A stretch of 64,000 bases of DNA, from the NCBI GenBank assembly GCA_963749655.1, contig CAVVOB010000012.1, positions 205,502 to 269,501 on the forward strand, written 5' to 3'. Made by a program: the position numbers and the translations under genes. Below, one piece after another: positions 10,162 through 22,460 of the stretch. The notes below the pieces were generated by a model. It did no database searches, was not told the DNA's origin, and was given only the letters and a program-made list of their open reading frames with translations. Source of the DNA: Nitrospirota bacterium. Its GTDB lineage: Bacteria > Nitrospirota > UBA9217. Numbering within the stretch: position 1 is the stretch's first letter; each line of letters opens with the position of its first letter.

Positions 10162-13100
10162 ATGAAGCTCTCCGATCTGCTCGATATCCGGGTCATAGCC
10201 GTCAATCTCCGGGCACGAGACAAGAAGGCCGCGCTCGAGGAGATGGCCGGCATCCTCAAGAAGGCCGGGACGGATAGACGATTCGCGGGAAGCTGCAAGG
10301 CCCTGCTGGACAGGGAGGCCGCGGGCAGCACGGCTCTCGGCCGGGGAATCGCGTTCCCCCATGCACGGCTCGACCGCCTCAGGGAACCGGTCGCCCTGCT
10401 CGCCCTGTCGCAGAGAGGGCATTGATTTCGGCGCAGGCGACGGGCATCCCGTTCACCTGTTCTTTCTGTTCCTTTCTCCGAGCGAGGCGACGGAGATCCA
10501 TCTCCGGATCCTTTCCCGCGCAGCGGCAATCTTTTCCGACGCCAACCTCTATCACACCATACGGAGGGCCAGGACAAGCCAGACGGTCCTGAGTCTTCTG
10601 CTCCACCACGAAAAGGGCCCGAAGGAAGCCTTTTTCCCCCTCGCCATCGAGGACATCTACCAGGAGCTGGGAACGGACAGCCGCGGGCTTGCGGAAAGCG
10701 AGGCTGCGAAACGGCTCGGCCGCTACGGTCCGAACCTCCTGAAAGAGGTGAGGGGGAAGCCCCTCGTTCTCCGGTTCGTCGAAAATCTTACGAGCTTCTT
10801 CGCGCTCCTGCTCTGGGTAGGCGGCATTCTTTCCTTTGTCGCGGACATGGCCGAGCTCGGCTGGGCGATCTTCAGCGTCATCATCATCAACGCGGTCTTC
10901 AGTTTCTGGCAGGAGTACAAGGCCGAGCGGGCGCTCGAGGCGCTTAAGAAACTGCTCCCCCAAAACGCCCGGGTGCTGCGCGACGGGGCAAAGAAGGAAG
11001 TGCCGGCTACCGATCTCGTGCCGGGCGATATCATCCTTCTGGAGGAGGGCGACGCGGTCTCCGCAGACGCGCGTCTCATCGAAGCCTTCGACATGCGGGT
11101 CGACAACTCCACTCTGACCGGAGAGTCGAAGCCCATCCACAAGACCGCCGAGGCCGTTGCCGACGGCAGTGAGTTTCTCTGGACCGAGCTCCCGAACCTG
11201 GTCTTTGCCGGGACTTCGGTCTCGTCGGGAAACGGAAAGGCGGCGGTCATCGCAACGGGAATGCATACCGAGATCGGCAGGATCGCTTCGCTGACCCAGG
11301 AGCTTGCAGATCGAGAAAAGCCCGCTTCAGCTCGAGATCGAAAAGGTCACGAAGATCGTGACCCTGCTCGCCGTGTCCATGGGCGTCCTCTTTTTCGTCG
11401 TCGGCACCTCCCTCGGCAAGCTGAGCCTTGCCGCTGCCTTCCTTTTTGCCATCGGGATCATCGTGGCCAACGTTCCGGAAGGCCTCCTCCCGACGGTCAG
11501 CCTGTCGCTCGCCATGGCGGTCCAGCGAATGGTCAAACGGCATGTGCTCGTAAAGAGGCTTTCGTCCGTCGAGACCCTGGGATGCACGAGCGTCATCTGC
11601 ACGGACAAGACCGGCACCCTCACGACCAACAAGATGACGGCGACGAAGGTCTGGGTAAACGGAAAAACGGTGGACATCAGCGGAGCGCACTACGAGCCTT
11701 CGGGAAGCTTCTACGAACAGGGAGTTTCCCTTTCCCACGAGGAGATGAAGAGCAACGGGCTCTACCAGCTCTTTGACGCGGCGCTTCTGTGCAACAACTC
11801 ATCGTTGATCGCGCCGAAGAGGCCGGGAGAGGAGTGGACGATCCTGGGCGATCCCACCGAAGCCGCCCTCCTCGTCATGGCTGCCAAGGGCGGAATAGAC
11901 GTGAGCGCCCGGGCGGCAGCACTTCCCCGGATCGGCCATCTTCCCTTCGAGTCCCTGCGAAAGCGCATGACCAGCGTCAACCTTGTGGAGGGAAAACCCG
12001 TAGCCCATGTCAAAGGAGCGCCCGCGGAAATGCTCGAGCTCTGCACGCGCGTACTTCTGAACAACTGCAGCGAGCCGCTGACCGAGGAGCTGCGGCGTCA
12101 GATCGGCTCGCAGAATGATGCCCTGGCAAAGGACGGTCTGCGCGTGATCGGTGTAGCGGCAAGGCCCCTTGAATCGACCGGGAAGTTCACGGTGGAGAAT
12201 ACGGAGCGCGACCTGGTGTTCCTCGGTCTCGTCGGGATGATGGACCCGCCGCGGCCCGAGGTGCCCGGCGCCATGGAACTTTGCCGCAGGGCCGGCATCC
12301 GGACCATCATGATCACCGGCGACTACGGTCTCACCGCCCTCGCCATAGCGCGAAAGATCGGGCTCGCGCGAACGGAAACGCCGCGCGTCGTGACCGGGCT
12401 CGAACTCGACGGAAGCGACGACAACGGTCTTACGCAGCTTCTGAAGGGCGAAGTGATCTTCGCCCGCGTCACGCCGGAGCACAAGATGAGGATCGTTTCG
12501 AGCCTGCAGCAGTCGGGGGAAGTCGTGGCGGTGACGGGCGACGGGGTGAACGACGCGCCTGCCCTGAAGAAGGCGGACATCGGCGTCGCCATGGGCATGC
12601 GGGGCTCGGATGTGGCCAAGGAGGCCGCGGCCATGATCCTGACGGACGACAACTTCGCCTCCATCGTGTCCGCCATCGAGGAAGGCCGGGCGGTCTATAC
12701 CAATATCAAGAAGTTCATTGCCTACATATTCGCGAGCAATATTCCCGAGGTCGTTCCGTTCATCGCCTTCGCGCTCTTCAGAATACCGCTTCCGCTTACG
12801 GTCATGCAGATCCTGGCGGTGGACCTCGGCACCGACCTCGTGCCCGCGCTGGGCTTGGGAACGGAACCTCCCGAGCCCGGAACCATGGACCAGCCGCCGC
12901 GGCCGAGAAACAAGCGGCTTCTCGATCTCCCGCTTCTCCTTCGCGCGTACTGTTTTCTCGGACCGATCGAGGCAGCGGCCAGTATGGCCGGGTTCTTCCT
13001 TATCTACTGGCAGAGCGGATGGCGGCCGGGAATGTCCATGGCGGATTCGGGAGCATTGTACGTAGCGGCCACCACGATGTCGCTGGCCGGCATTGTGGCC

Positions 13101-13361
13101 TCCCAAATGGGAAACGTGTTTGCCTGCAGGACCGAACGGGAATCGATCTTCCGCGTAGGATTTTTCTCGAACAAACTAGTTCTTTGGGGTCTTGCGACAG
13201 AAGTCGCCATTTTGACAGCGCTCGTGTATACGCCTGTCATGCAGGAGATCTTCGGTCTCGCGCCGCTCGTCTTCCGGGACTGGGCCCTGCTGCTCGTCTT
13301 TCCCCCGGTTCTCCTCCTGCTGGAGGAAGCGCGAAAATGGATTGTAAGAAGGGCACGATGA
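10162..13361 (+). CDS. PTS EIIA-domain fused cation-transporting P-type ATPase (frameshifts near 10420 and 11310)
   Basis: EIIA motif GIAFPHAR; TGES, VANVPEGLL, DKTGTLT, DPPR, TGDGVNDAPALK. Confidence 0.9.
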
Positions 13362-13493
13362 ACGATCCGCCGTACCTGCGCGATTTCCCGGTTTTTTCCC
13401 TGTTGTGAAACCGACCCGCCGTGGTTCAGCTTTGTTGATTTGCCGCTGCGTGGTATACTATTTTATAATTCACCGAACGGAAGACATCTGACA

Positions 13494-14471
13494 ATGAAAC
13501 AGATTACCATCCATGAAGCGATCCTGGACAGCATGAGCGACTCGGTCTACGTCGTGGACCGGCGCATGCGGATCCAGTACGCGAATCCCGCTGCTGAAAA
13601 ATTGACCGGGTACTCCTGCGATGCCTCCATAGGGAAGTATTGCCATGCTATCTTTTGTGAGCAGTCGGACCGGTGCGAGAAAGGGTGTCCGCCGAAACAA
13701 GCCATGCTGGAGGAGGCGCCGATCCTCCACCGCGACGCGGAAACGAGGGCGCTGGACGGCACAGTGCGCCGGACGCAGATATCGATCTCACCGTTCTTCG
13801 ACGACGGCCGGTGCATCGGGGCGGTCATCGTGATCAAGGATATTACGGATCTCAAGCAGGCGGAGGAAAGGATCAAGCACCAGAACACGTTCCTGACCGC
13901 GGTTATCGATGCTCTGCCTCATCCGTTCTCCGTTATCGACGCCCGGGACTACCAGTTGAGGCTTGCGAATTACGCGGCATACCGCGGCGACATGCCGGAG
14001 CGCATCACCTGTTATCAGCTCTCACACAGCCGTCAGTCGCCGTGCAGCGGCGAGGGCCATCCCTGCCCCATCGAGACGGTGAAGGAAACGGGCCGGCCGG
14101 TGACGGTGGAGCACAGGCACTGCGACGCGGCGGGAACGTGCAGGGACGTGGAGGTCCACGGATATCCGATCTTCGACGACAAGGGCACGGTCGTCCAGAT
14201 GATCGAATACTGCGTCGATATCTCCGAGCGGAAGCAGGCGGCAAAGGAGCGGGAAGCGCTCATTACCGACCTGCAGAAGGCGTTGAACGAAGTCAAGGCT
14301 CTGAGCGGCCTGCTCCCCATCTGCTCATCGTGCAAGAAGATCAGGGACGACAGGGGATACTGGAGCAACGTGGAGACTTACATCAGCGAGCATTCCGGCG
14401 CTGAGTTCAGCCACGGCATCTGCCCCGACTGCATGGAACGGCTGTATCCGGAATTCGTCAAGAAACGCTGA
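13494..14471 (+). CDS. PAS-PAS protein with C-terminal Cys-rich domain
   Basis: Two PAS/PAC repeats (KDITD, VDISE); C-terminal LLPICSSCKKIRDDRGYW...SHGICPDC. Confidence 0.85.
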   Translation: MKQITIHEAILDSMSDSVYVVDRRMRIQYANPAAEKLTGYSCDASIGKYCHAIFCEQSDRCEKGCPPKQAMLEEAPILHRDAETRALDGTVRRTQISISPFFDDGRCIGAVIVIKDITDLKQAEERIKHQNTFLTAVIDALPHPFSVIDARDYQLRLANYAAYRGDMPERITCYQLSHSRQSPCSGEGHPCPIETVKETGRPVTVEHRHCDAAGTCRDVEVHGYPIFDDKGTVVQMIEYCVDISERKQAAKEREALITDLQKALNEVKALSGLLPICSSCKKIRDDRGYWSNVETYISEHSGAEFSHGICPDCMERLYPEFVKKR

Positions 14472-14568
14472 AGCCGGCAACGGTCGTTTCTCCTATTCTT
14501 TTTTCCCATTTTCCCCTTTTTCTGCGTTCATCTGCGTCATCTTCGGACAATATGATGAACGGTTTTCC

Positions 14569-15186
14569 TCAGAGCATGACCATCAGGCTCATCATCGCCA
14601 CGGACCAGATGATGTCGGTGGGCAGCTGAAGATCGCAGGTCGAATCGAAGAGCAGGTCCGCCTTGGCCGGGAATTCCTCGTCTTCCAGCCAGAGCGTCAC
14701 GATAACCGGTATGCGCGGAAGAGGGGCGAGTTGGATCGAGACGTCTCCCAGCCGCACCCGGGGCAGCTCCGCGCCGAGCCGCTTTCCCCTGGCGAGAAAA
14801 GCCTCCCGGTCCTTCCCGTAGGCAGCCGCTATCCTGTCGAGGGGAAGAATGTGAGAGCCCTTCGTGAAGATCTCCCCTCCGCGGATATATTCGAGCTTCA
14901 CCAGCCGGTCGGTGCAGGCGATGTCCCGTGCGCTTACGAGGTACCACAGGACGGACAGCCGAAAGAAATAGCCGAGCTTTTTGAGCAGCAACTCGCTTCC
15001 CTCCGCCGTGCTCGTGATCGTCTTGTCCCTGACCGAAACAGTGAAATCCATGCCAAAGGACGTGAGGGTGTATGATGTTGTTTCTGGATCGTAGGTCACG
15101 GCTGCGGCCCTGCAGACGAACGCGGGGTCGAGCGATGCCAGTATCTCCCACGCCTTGTTCTCTCCGGGAATGTTCTGTTCAGCCAT
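14569..15186 (-). CDS. DUF3786-like protein
   Basis: PLPRIPVIVTLWLEDEEFPAKADLLFD motif; AAAGGA RBS. Confidence 0.8.
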   Translation of the reverse strand: MAEQNIPGENKAWEILASLDPAFVCRAAAVTYDPETTSYTLTSFGMDFTVSVRDKTITSTAEGSELLLKKLGYFFRLSVLWYLVSARDIACTDRLVKLEYIRGGEIFTKGSHILPLDRIAAAYGKDREAFLARGKRLGAELPRVRLGDVSIQLAPLPRIPVIVTLWLEDEEFPAKADLLFDSTCDLQLPTDIIWSVAMMSLMVML

Positions 15187-15450
15187 GGCGTCCTTTCAAT
15201 ACGACATACGGCATGCCGTTTCTTTAATAGTATCAGATTGAGATCCTTTCCTGCAACAGACGACAGCGAATCAGAAGAGGTATAATGTATTAGCGGTAGG
15301 GGCAAACGACCGTTCGCTCTGAGATTTCCTTTAATAGATGACCCATGTGTTCAGACCCTGCCCCCCGGGGACCTTAGCAGGGCAGGGTGATTTTTCCCTT
15401 TATCTTTCCGGGCAACTTTACTATACTTTTGCGCATCAAAGGAGGTAACG

Positions 15451-16302
15451 ATGAACAGAAAAAAAATATTGCGATCGTTGTTCGGAGTCATTGCTTTCGG
15501 AGCAATTGTTTTGCAATCCGCCGCGCCGATACAGGCCCAGGAGATGCAGCCTCCGCCACCGCCTCCTCCGGGGTACGAGCAGCAGGCTCCACCACCCCTG
15601 CCGCCCCCGCCTCCTCCGCCGTCGCCGTATCAGCGGCAGGTGCTTCCTCCGCAGCTTCAGCTGCAGGCTCCGCCCCCGCCCCGTCCGCCGATCGACACGA
15701 CAGGCAAAATGCGGCTCTCTTTGTCGGCTGCGGTCGGATTCGGCTTTGATCCCGTTGACGTCGGACGAACAAATGACGGAGACAAGGTCACGATCAGCGG
15801 CGGCGGCGGTTTCGGCATCGACCTGGGACTGGGATTTGCCCTTACGCCGATTATCGATCTGGACTTTGATCTCGGTGGTCAGCAATCCACGCTGACGCCC
15901 AGCGTGACGAATGCCGATGGAACATTCGACCGGTCCTTTCTGCTGGCAACGGTCAAGTTCAAAGTTCCGACGTCGGAGACCGGACAATTCAAATGGGGCT
16001 TCGGGCTCGGATCGTACAACAACGGAAAGCTCGACATAGACACCACAGGCGCAATAAACGGAGCACATACGATCGTCAAGTACGACGATGCGCTCGGAGT
16101 TCATCTGACCGGCGAGTTCGAGCGGTTCATCGGTCCCGCGACATCGGTCAATTTCGGGGCCAAGATGTATTTCGTGAAGTACAAGGCAAAGTCGGTGACG
16201 AATAACGGCGCGACCGTACCGGTCAGCGGCCTGGGCAGCGATGTAAAGGACTTCGACGGCAGCGGCATGGACTTCATGATCGGGATCAACCAGTATTTCT
16301 AG
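15451..16302 (+). CDS. outer-membrane beta-barrel protein with proline-rich N-terminus
   Basis: AGGAGG RBS, signal peptide, poly-Pro tracts, amphipathic strands, terminal YF. Confidence 0.8.
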   Translation: MNRKKILRSLFGVIAFGAIVLQSAAPIQAQEMQPPPPPPPGYEQQAPPPLPPPPPPPSPYQRQVLPPQLQLQAPPPPRPPIDTTGKMRLSLSAAVGFGFDPVDVGRTNDGDKVTISGGGGFGIDLGLGFALTPIIDLDFDLGGQQSTLTPSVTNADGTFDRSFLLATVKFKVPTSETGQFKWGFGLGSYNNGKLDIDTTGAINGAHTIVKYDDALGVHLTGEFERFIGPATSVNFGAKMYFVKYKAKSVTNNGATVPVSGLGSDVKDFDGSGMDFMIGINQYF

Positions 16303-16465
16303 AACTATGTACAAGATAGCTTGAAACAGGGTGATGTCTGTAATACCCTTCACGCCGGCTCAGAGACAGCGATGCTCTGAGCCGGTTTTTTCTGCGGCAA
16401 GCTTCAACTCCGCACCCGCGGTTTGTAGAGCGAAATCTGTTATAGTAAGAATCAGGAGGGCCTCA

Positions 16466-17329
16466 ATGAATGTCTGGCTGAGACTGGCACTCGCGATAAC
16501 CATTTTTTTCGGCGCAGCGTTCGGCGCAGCGATCTGGGTCGGCACCATACGCTGGAACGGGACGACGCACCGGATGATTGAAGAGATTTCGGGTGCCGGG
16601 CCCCGGGATGGAGCGAAGACAGTTTCCTTTCGGGACCTCGACAAGCTTCCCGCGCCTGTGGTCCGTTACTTCCGCATGACGCTCCGGGACGGACAGCAGG
16701 TCATCCGCTCCGCACGCATCGCGCATCAGGGGGAATTCCTCACCAGCCCCGCAACGAACGGCTGGAGCCCGTTCACGTCCCTACAGAATTTTTCCGCAAA
16801 TCCTCCCGGGTTCGTCTGGGACGCAAGCATTCGCTTTGCCCCGCTGATGGAGGTGCGGGTTCGGGACGCATACCTGGCCGGGAAAGGCGCGATGGAAGCG
16901 AGGACCTTTGCAGTTTTACCCGTCATGGACCAGCGCGACAAGACCGAGCTGGACCAGGGCGCCCTGCAGCGCTATCTCGCGGAAGCTGTTTGGTTCCCGA
17001 CGGCGCTGCTGCCGGAAGCGGGCGTTGTCTGGAGCGCGATCGACAACTCCCGCGCCAGGGCGACGCTCGTCGATTGGGGCGTCAAGGTTACCCTCGATTT
17101 CACCTTCAACGAAAAGGGAGAGATCACGCGCATTTATTCACCAAGCAGATATCGCGAAGCAGGCGGGAAGTACGAGCTCACGCCGTGGGTGGTCAGGGTC
17201 TGGAATTATGAGGAACGGGGGGGCATGCGGATTCCGCTCGAAGGGGAAGTCGCGTGGCAGCTGCCCGGCGGCCTGCAGCCGTACTGGAAGGGCAGGATCG
17301 TGGATGCGCAGTATGATTTCGTGAAGTGA
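16466..17329 (+). CDS. conserved membrane-anchored protein (DUF6544/DUF6920-like)
   Basis: LPAPVVRYF, PPGFVWDA, LQRYLAEAVWFPTALL; AGGAGG RBS. Confidence 0.75.
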   Translation: MNVWLRLALAITIFFGAAFGAAIWVGTIRWNGTTHRMIEEISGAGPRDGAKTVSFRDLDKLPAPVVRYFRMTLRDGQQVIRSARIAHQGEFLTSPATNGWSPFTSLQNFSANPPGFVWDASIRFAPLMEVRVRDAYLAGKGAMEARTFAVLPVMDQRDKTELDQGALQRYLAEAVWFPTALLPEAGVVWSAIDNSRARATLVDWGVKVTLDFTFNEKGEITRIYSPSRYREAGGKYELTPWVVRVWNYEERGGMRIPLEGEVAWQLPGGLQPYWKGRIVDAQYDFVK

Positions 17330-17377
17330 ATATTATGTCCAGCAAAGGCATCACGTATTTTGTGCCCGGTGTTTTAC

Positions 17378-17446
17378 CGTCATGCCGGACTCGATCCGGC
17401 ATCCAGATGTTTGATGGAGACTGGATTCCCGCCTTCGCGGGAATGA
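17378..17446. repeat. GTCAT..CCAG/CTGG..ATGA double-hairpin repeat (dRS3-like)
   Basis: CGTCATGCCGGACTCGATCCGGCATCCAG...CTGGATTCCCGCCTTCGCGGGAATGA. Confidence 0.8.
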
Positions 17447-17601
17447 GGAGCTTAGGGGTAGGATCGTGGTTAAGTCTTGCCTCGACGGCCCGATATCTCC
17501 ATATATTGTTTAACTGAGTTATTCCCCGGTTCTCATGTGAAATTTTCTCTCCCTTGCTTTTTCCCCTTTCCTGAATTATCTTTTAAACAGAAGGCAAAAC
17601 A

Positions 17602-20600
17602 ATGTCAGAATCGAACCTTTCATTATTCCATCCCCTCATCAGACAGTGGTTCAGGGAGAAGGTCGGCGCTCCCACCGAGGTCCAGGAGAAGTCCTGGCCC
17701 GCGATTGCCCGGGGCAGCCACGTGCTCGTGACCGCGCCCACGGGCTGCGGCAAGACGCTGGCCGCTTTTCTCTGGGCCGATCAACCAGCTCATTACGGGA
17801 ACCTGGACCGACGGCAAAGTCCGCGTCCTCTATATCTCTCCGCTCAAAGCACTGAACAACGACGTGCAGCGAAACCTGCTTGAAGCCGCTTCAGGAGCTT
17901 GCGGGAATCATTTCGCCAGCGCGGGAGAAGCCTTCCCGGAACATCAACGTCATGACCCGGAGCGGGGACACGCCCGGCGAAGAACGCAGAAGAATGGTCC
18001 GCAGGCCGCCGGAGATCCTGATCACCACGCCCGAGTCCCTGAACCTGCTCCTGACCTCCCGGAGCGGGCGCTCGATGCTGACCGGCATTGCGACGGTGAT
18101 CCTCGACGAGATCCATGCAGTCGTCGGAACCAAGCGCGGCACGCACCTGATCACCGCCGTCGACCGGCTCGTTCCTCTTAGCGGCGACTTCCAGCGCATC
18201 GCGCTTTCCGCAACGGTCAATCCCGTGGAGCGGGTCGCTGAGTTCGTGGGAGGCTTCCGGAAGATCGGGAAGGGCAGGGACAGTCATTTCGAAAAGCGCC
18301 CTGTTTCCGTGATCCAGTCCCGCCAGGCAAAGGCCTACGAGATCGTCGTCTCCTTCCCGCCTGATGCGCGGGAGAAGATGGTGGATGGCTCCTGGTGGCC
18401 TGCGCTCATCGATGCGTTCAAGGAGATCATCAACCAGCACCGCTCGACCCTGTTCTTCGCGAACAGCAGGAGGACCACGGAAAAGGTGACGCGGCTGATC
18501 AATGAGGCCGAGAGGAGATCCGAGCTTGCCTATGCCCACCACGGCTCGCTCTCCCGCGAGATCCGGCTGGCCGTGGAGCAGAAGCTGAAGAACGGCGAGC
18601 TCAGGGCCATCGTGGCCACGAACTCGCTCGAACTGGGCATCGACATCGGCGCGCTCGACTCGGTCGTGCTGATCCAGACGCCGCGGTCGGTCTCGTCGGC
18701 GCTCCAGCGCATCGGACGGTCAGGCCACTCCGTGGGGGAGAAGAGCAGGGGACTTCTTTTCCCGACGCACGGACGGGATTTCGTCGACGCGGCGGTCATG
18801 GCGCGGGCAAGCCTGGACCAGGACATCGAAGAGGTGCATCCCATCGAAGCGCCGCTCGATATCCTGGCGCAGATCATCCTCTCGATGTGCTCCATGGAGA
18901 AGTGGGACATCGACGAGCTCTACGCGTTCCTTAAAACCAGCTATCCCTACCGCGAACTGCCGCGCAAGCATTTCGACATCGTGCTCGAAATGCTCTCGGG
19001 CCGCTACGCCGACAGCCGGCTGCGGGAGCTCAAGGCCCGGGTGTCCCTCGACAAGGTGGACAATACGATCCAGGCCCACAGTGAAGTTCCCTACCTTATC
19101 TATACCTCCGGCGGGACGATCCCCGAGCGCGGCTACTTCGACCTGCGGCTCAAGGACACCCGGGCAAAGATCGGCGAGCTCGATGAGGAATTCGTGTGGG
19201 AGCGGTCCATCGGCGAGACCTTTACCCTGGGCACCCAGCTCTGGCGGATCGAGAAGATCACGCACAACGACGTGGAGGTCGTGCCGGTCCGCTCGGCAAC
19301 GGGCATCTTCCCGTTCTGGAAAGCGGAGCAGCAGGACCGCGATTTTCATTTCTCCGAGCTGATCGGTCTCTTCCTCGAACACGCGGACAGCGTCGCTCGA
19401 CGCTCCCGATTTCCGGCAGGAGCTCCGCACCCGCTATGTCATGGAAGAGGCGGCTGCGGACGAGCTCATCGGATTTTTGAAGCTCCAGAAAGAAGCCACG
19501 GGAACGAATCTTCCGCACCGTCATCATCTTTTGATCGAGCACGTGGAGGAGCCGGGGGACGCGGGCGATTTCAAGCAGGTGATCCTGCACACCTTCTGGG
19601 GCGGAAGGGTGAACCGTCCCTTTGCCCTGGCCCTGGCGCAGGCATGGGAAGAGAAGAACCGGAGTGCGCTTGCAGTTTATCGAGAACGACGATGCGATCC
19701 TGCTCATGCTGCCGCGCGAGTTCGAGGCTCCATGATCTTTTTTCGCTCCTGACGCCGGAGAACGTGGAGGCGTTTCTCAGAAAGCGGCTGGAGCAGACGG
19801 GCTTCTTCGGCGCCCGGTTCCGGGAGAATGCCGAGCGGGCGCTTCTGCTGCCGAAATCGAGCTTCAAGCGGAGGATGCCGCTCTGGGTCATCCGGCTCCG
19901 GTCCAAGGAGCTGCTTGCAGCAGTCCATTCCTACGAGGACTTTCCGATCCTGCTCGAAACGTGGCGCACCTGTCTTGAGGACGAGTTCGATCTCCAGCAT
20001 GTCAAGACGATGCTCGACGAAGCTCCAGACCGGCGTCGATCCGCGTCAGCGAGACCGTGACCCGCGTTGCCTCTCCCTTTGCCGGAAATCTTGTCTGGAA
20101 GCAGACGAACAAGTACATGTACGAGGACGATACGCCGGTCCTTGCCAAAGGAGTCGGCGCTCCGGCCTGATCTGATCAAGGAGCTGCTGTTCTCGACCCA
20201 CCTGCGGCCGAAGATCCCGGCGAGGTGATCAGTATCCTTGACGGGAAGCTCAAGCGTACGGCCCCGGGATATGCGCCGGCATCGGCTGTTGAGCTTCTGG
20301 ACTGGGTGAAGGAACGGCTGCTCATCCCGGAGCCGGAGTGGAAGGAACTGGCGCTCGCGATCAGGAGGGACCTTGAACAGGACGCGAGGCGAGTGGCTCG
20401 TCATCGCAGTCACGCAAGCTGTTCTGGATAAGCTGGCCCGGGGTCAGGCACCCGCTTCTCTGCGCTCTCGAAATACTGCCGAAGGTGGTCGTTGCCTTCC
20501 GGCTTCATACGGACGTCCTCGAGATCAGGCCGGTGACCAGCGGACGAAAAAGCGGACACGGTCAGGCGCCGGGTCATGTCCTTTCTCCGGGCCGTCCCGG

Positions 20601-22090
20601 AGTCGATCAGGACCGCGGAGGAGTACGACCTTACGGCTTTCTTGCCGAGTGGCTGGCCTTTTACGGGCCCGTGGAGAAGGAGGAGCTTGTCTCCACTGCT
20701 CGGCATAACCATGGAACGGATCGACGAAGCGATCGAACCGCTGATCGAGTCGCAGGACCTCGGTCATGGACCGCTTCGGAGAGGAGAGCCGCGTCACTCG
20801 AAATCTGCGACAGCGGAAATCTTGAGATCCTGCTGCGCATGGCACGGCGGTACCGCCAGCCGACCTTCGAGCCCCTTCCGCTGGAGAGACTGCCGCTGTT
20901 TCTGGCAGCATGGCAGGGCATCGCCCGGTCGGGAGAATCCCTGGAGGACCTGCAGCAAAGGCTCGAGCAGCTCTTCGGATGGCCCGCGCCGGTGAATGCC
21001 TGGGAGGAATATATCCTTCCCGCCCGCATGCAGGTCTACCGGAGCGAATGGCTGGACAAGCTCATGAATTCTACCGACCTCATCTGGTTCGGCTGCGGAA
21101 AGAAACGGATCAGCCTTGCTTTCAGCCAGGACCTGGAGCTCTTCCGTCCCGCGGGAGCGGGCGAACAGGACGGCGAGCTCAGCCACCTCATCCCTGACCG
21201 CCGCGGCAAGTACAGTTTCCTGGAGATGACCGAGTTCGCGCACCTGGACACGGTCCATGCCACGGAGCTTTTGTGGAAGGAAGCCTGGAAGGGGAATGTG
21301 ACGAGCGATTCGTTCCGCACGATCAGAAGGGGCGTCATGACGGGCTTCTCTGCCCAGACCTTCAGCGATGAGGCGAGGCAGACCTCGCGCAGGTCCGGGT
21401 TCAACCGGTGGAAGGTCTCCCGGCCGCTGGAAGGGAACTGGCACCGGATCGATTCGCTGCCGAACGGGAACGAAAAGGACCTGCTGTCTGAGACGAGGAG
21501 CTGGTGAAGGACCGCATCCGTCAGCTCCTGAAGCGCTACGGCGTCCTGTTCCGTCGCGACTTCTCGAGAACGAGCTTCCGCCTCTCCAGTGGCGGGCGAT
21601 CTTCCGGTCGCTCCGTCTCATGGAGCTTTCCGGCGAGGTGCTGTCAGGCTACTTTTTCGACGGCGTTCCCGGGCCGCAGTTCGTCTCCCACGAAGCCTTC
21701 CGCATGCTCCAGGAGCCGCAGCCGAAAACGCTGTCTACTGGATCAATGCGGCCGACCCTGCATCTTTCTGCGGCCTGGGACTTTCGTCGCTCCGGGCTTC
21801 CCTCGCGCATCGCCTCGACGCATCTCGTGTACCACGGCACCAGGCTCGTGATGGTCTCGAAGCGCTCGGGAAAGAACCTCGAGATCATGGTCCGGCCCGA
21901 TGATCAGCATATGGCTGAGTATTTCAAGCTGTTCAAGGACCTGCTCTCCCGCGAGTTCAACCCGCTCCAGAAGATTGTCATCGAGACGATCAACGGAGAA
22001 TCGGCTGCCCAGAGTCCCTTTGCCGCGGCGCTCAGGCAGTTCGGGTTCCGGTCTGCGAGGAGCGCGCTGGAGTTGTGGAGGGAGTATTAG
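17602..22090 (+). CDS. lhr: Lhr-family ATP-dependent helicase, multiple frameshifts
   Basis: APTGCGKT, ITTPESL, LDEIH, ALSAT, AHHGSL, ATNSLELGID, QRIGRSGH; Lhr-type C-terminus GYFFDGVPGPQF. Confidence 0.88.
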
Positions 22091-22160
22091 GATGAGACCG
22101 TGAGTGTCGGACAAATACGGCTTGTGGGGTTTATCAGGGAAAGGCTGGTCCGGACAGCTT

Positions 22161-22248
22161 GTAGGTTGGGCTGAACGCTTTAGATGTGAAGCCCAACGCA
22201 TTATGATTGAGAAAAGTTGGGCACTGTGGACCTTTTTGCCCAACCTAC
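22161..22248. repeat. GTAG-type REP doublet, copy 1
   Basis: GTAGGTTGGGCTGAACG...GCCCAAC...GTTGGGC...GCCCAACCTAC. Confidence 0.9.
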
Positions 22249-22317
22249 GAACTACGTCCCCAAAGTTTCGCGGAGTTACTAAGGAGTCAAAATCTACGCA
22301 AAATGGCAAGAATATTT

Positions 22318-22457
22318 TCGCGCAAAGCCGCAAAGGCGCCAAGAAAGGCGCAAAGAGAGGCTCAGGCTTCTGGTTTTAAACCATAGACTTAAAGGTTTTC
22401 TTTGCGTCCTTCGCGTCTTCGCGGTTCAAAGGTTGTTTCCGGCTTGTCCGGGTTAGG
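22318..22457. repeat. CGCAAAG-type palindromic element ending in TTCCGGCTTGTCCGGGTTAGG
   Basis: Left arm CGCAAAGCCGCAAAGGCGCCAAG, right arm CTTTGCGTCCTTCGCGTCTTCGCG; 18-nt end identical to 55700-55717. Confidence 0.75.
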
Positions 22458-22460
22458 TTA

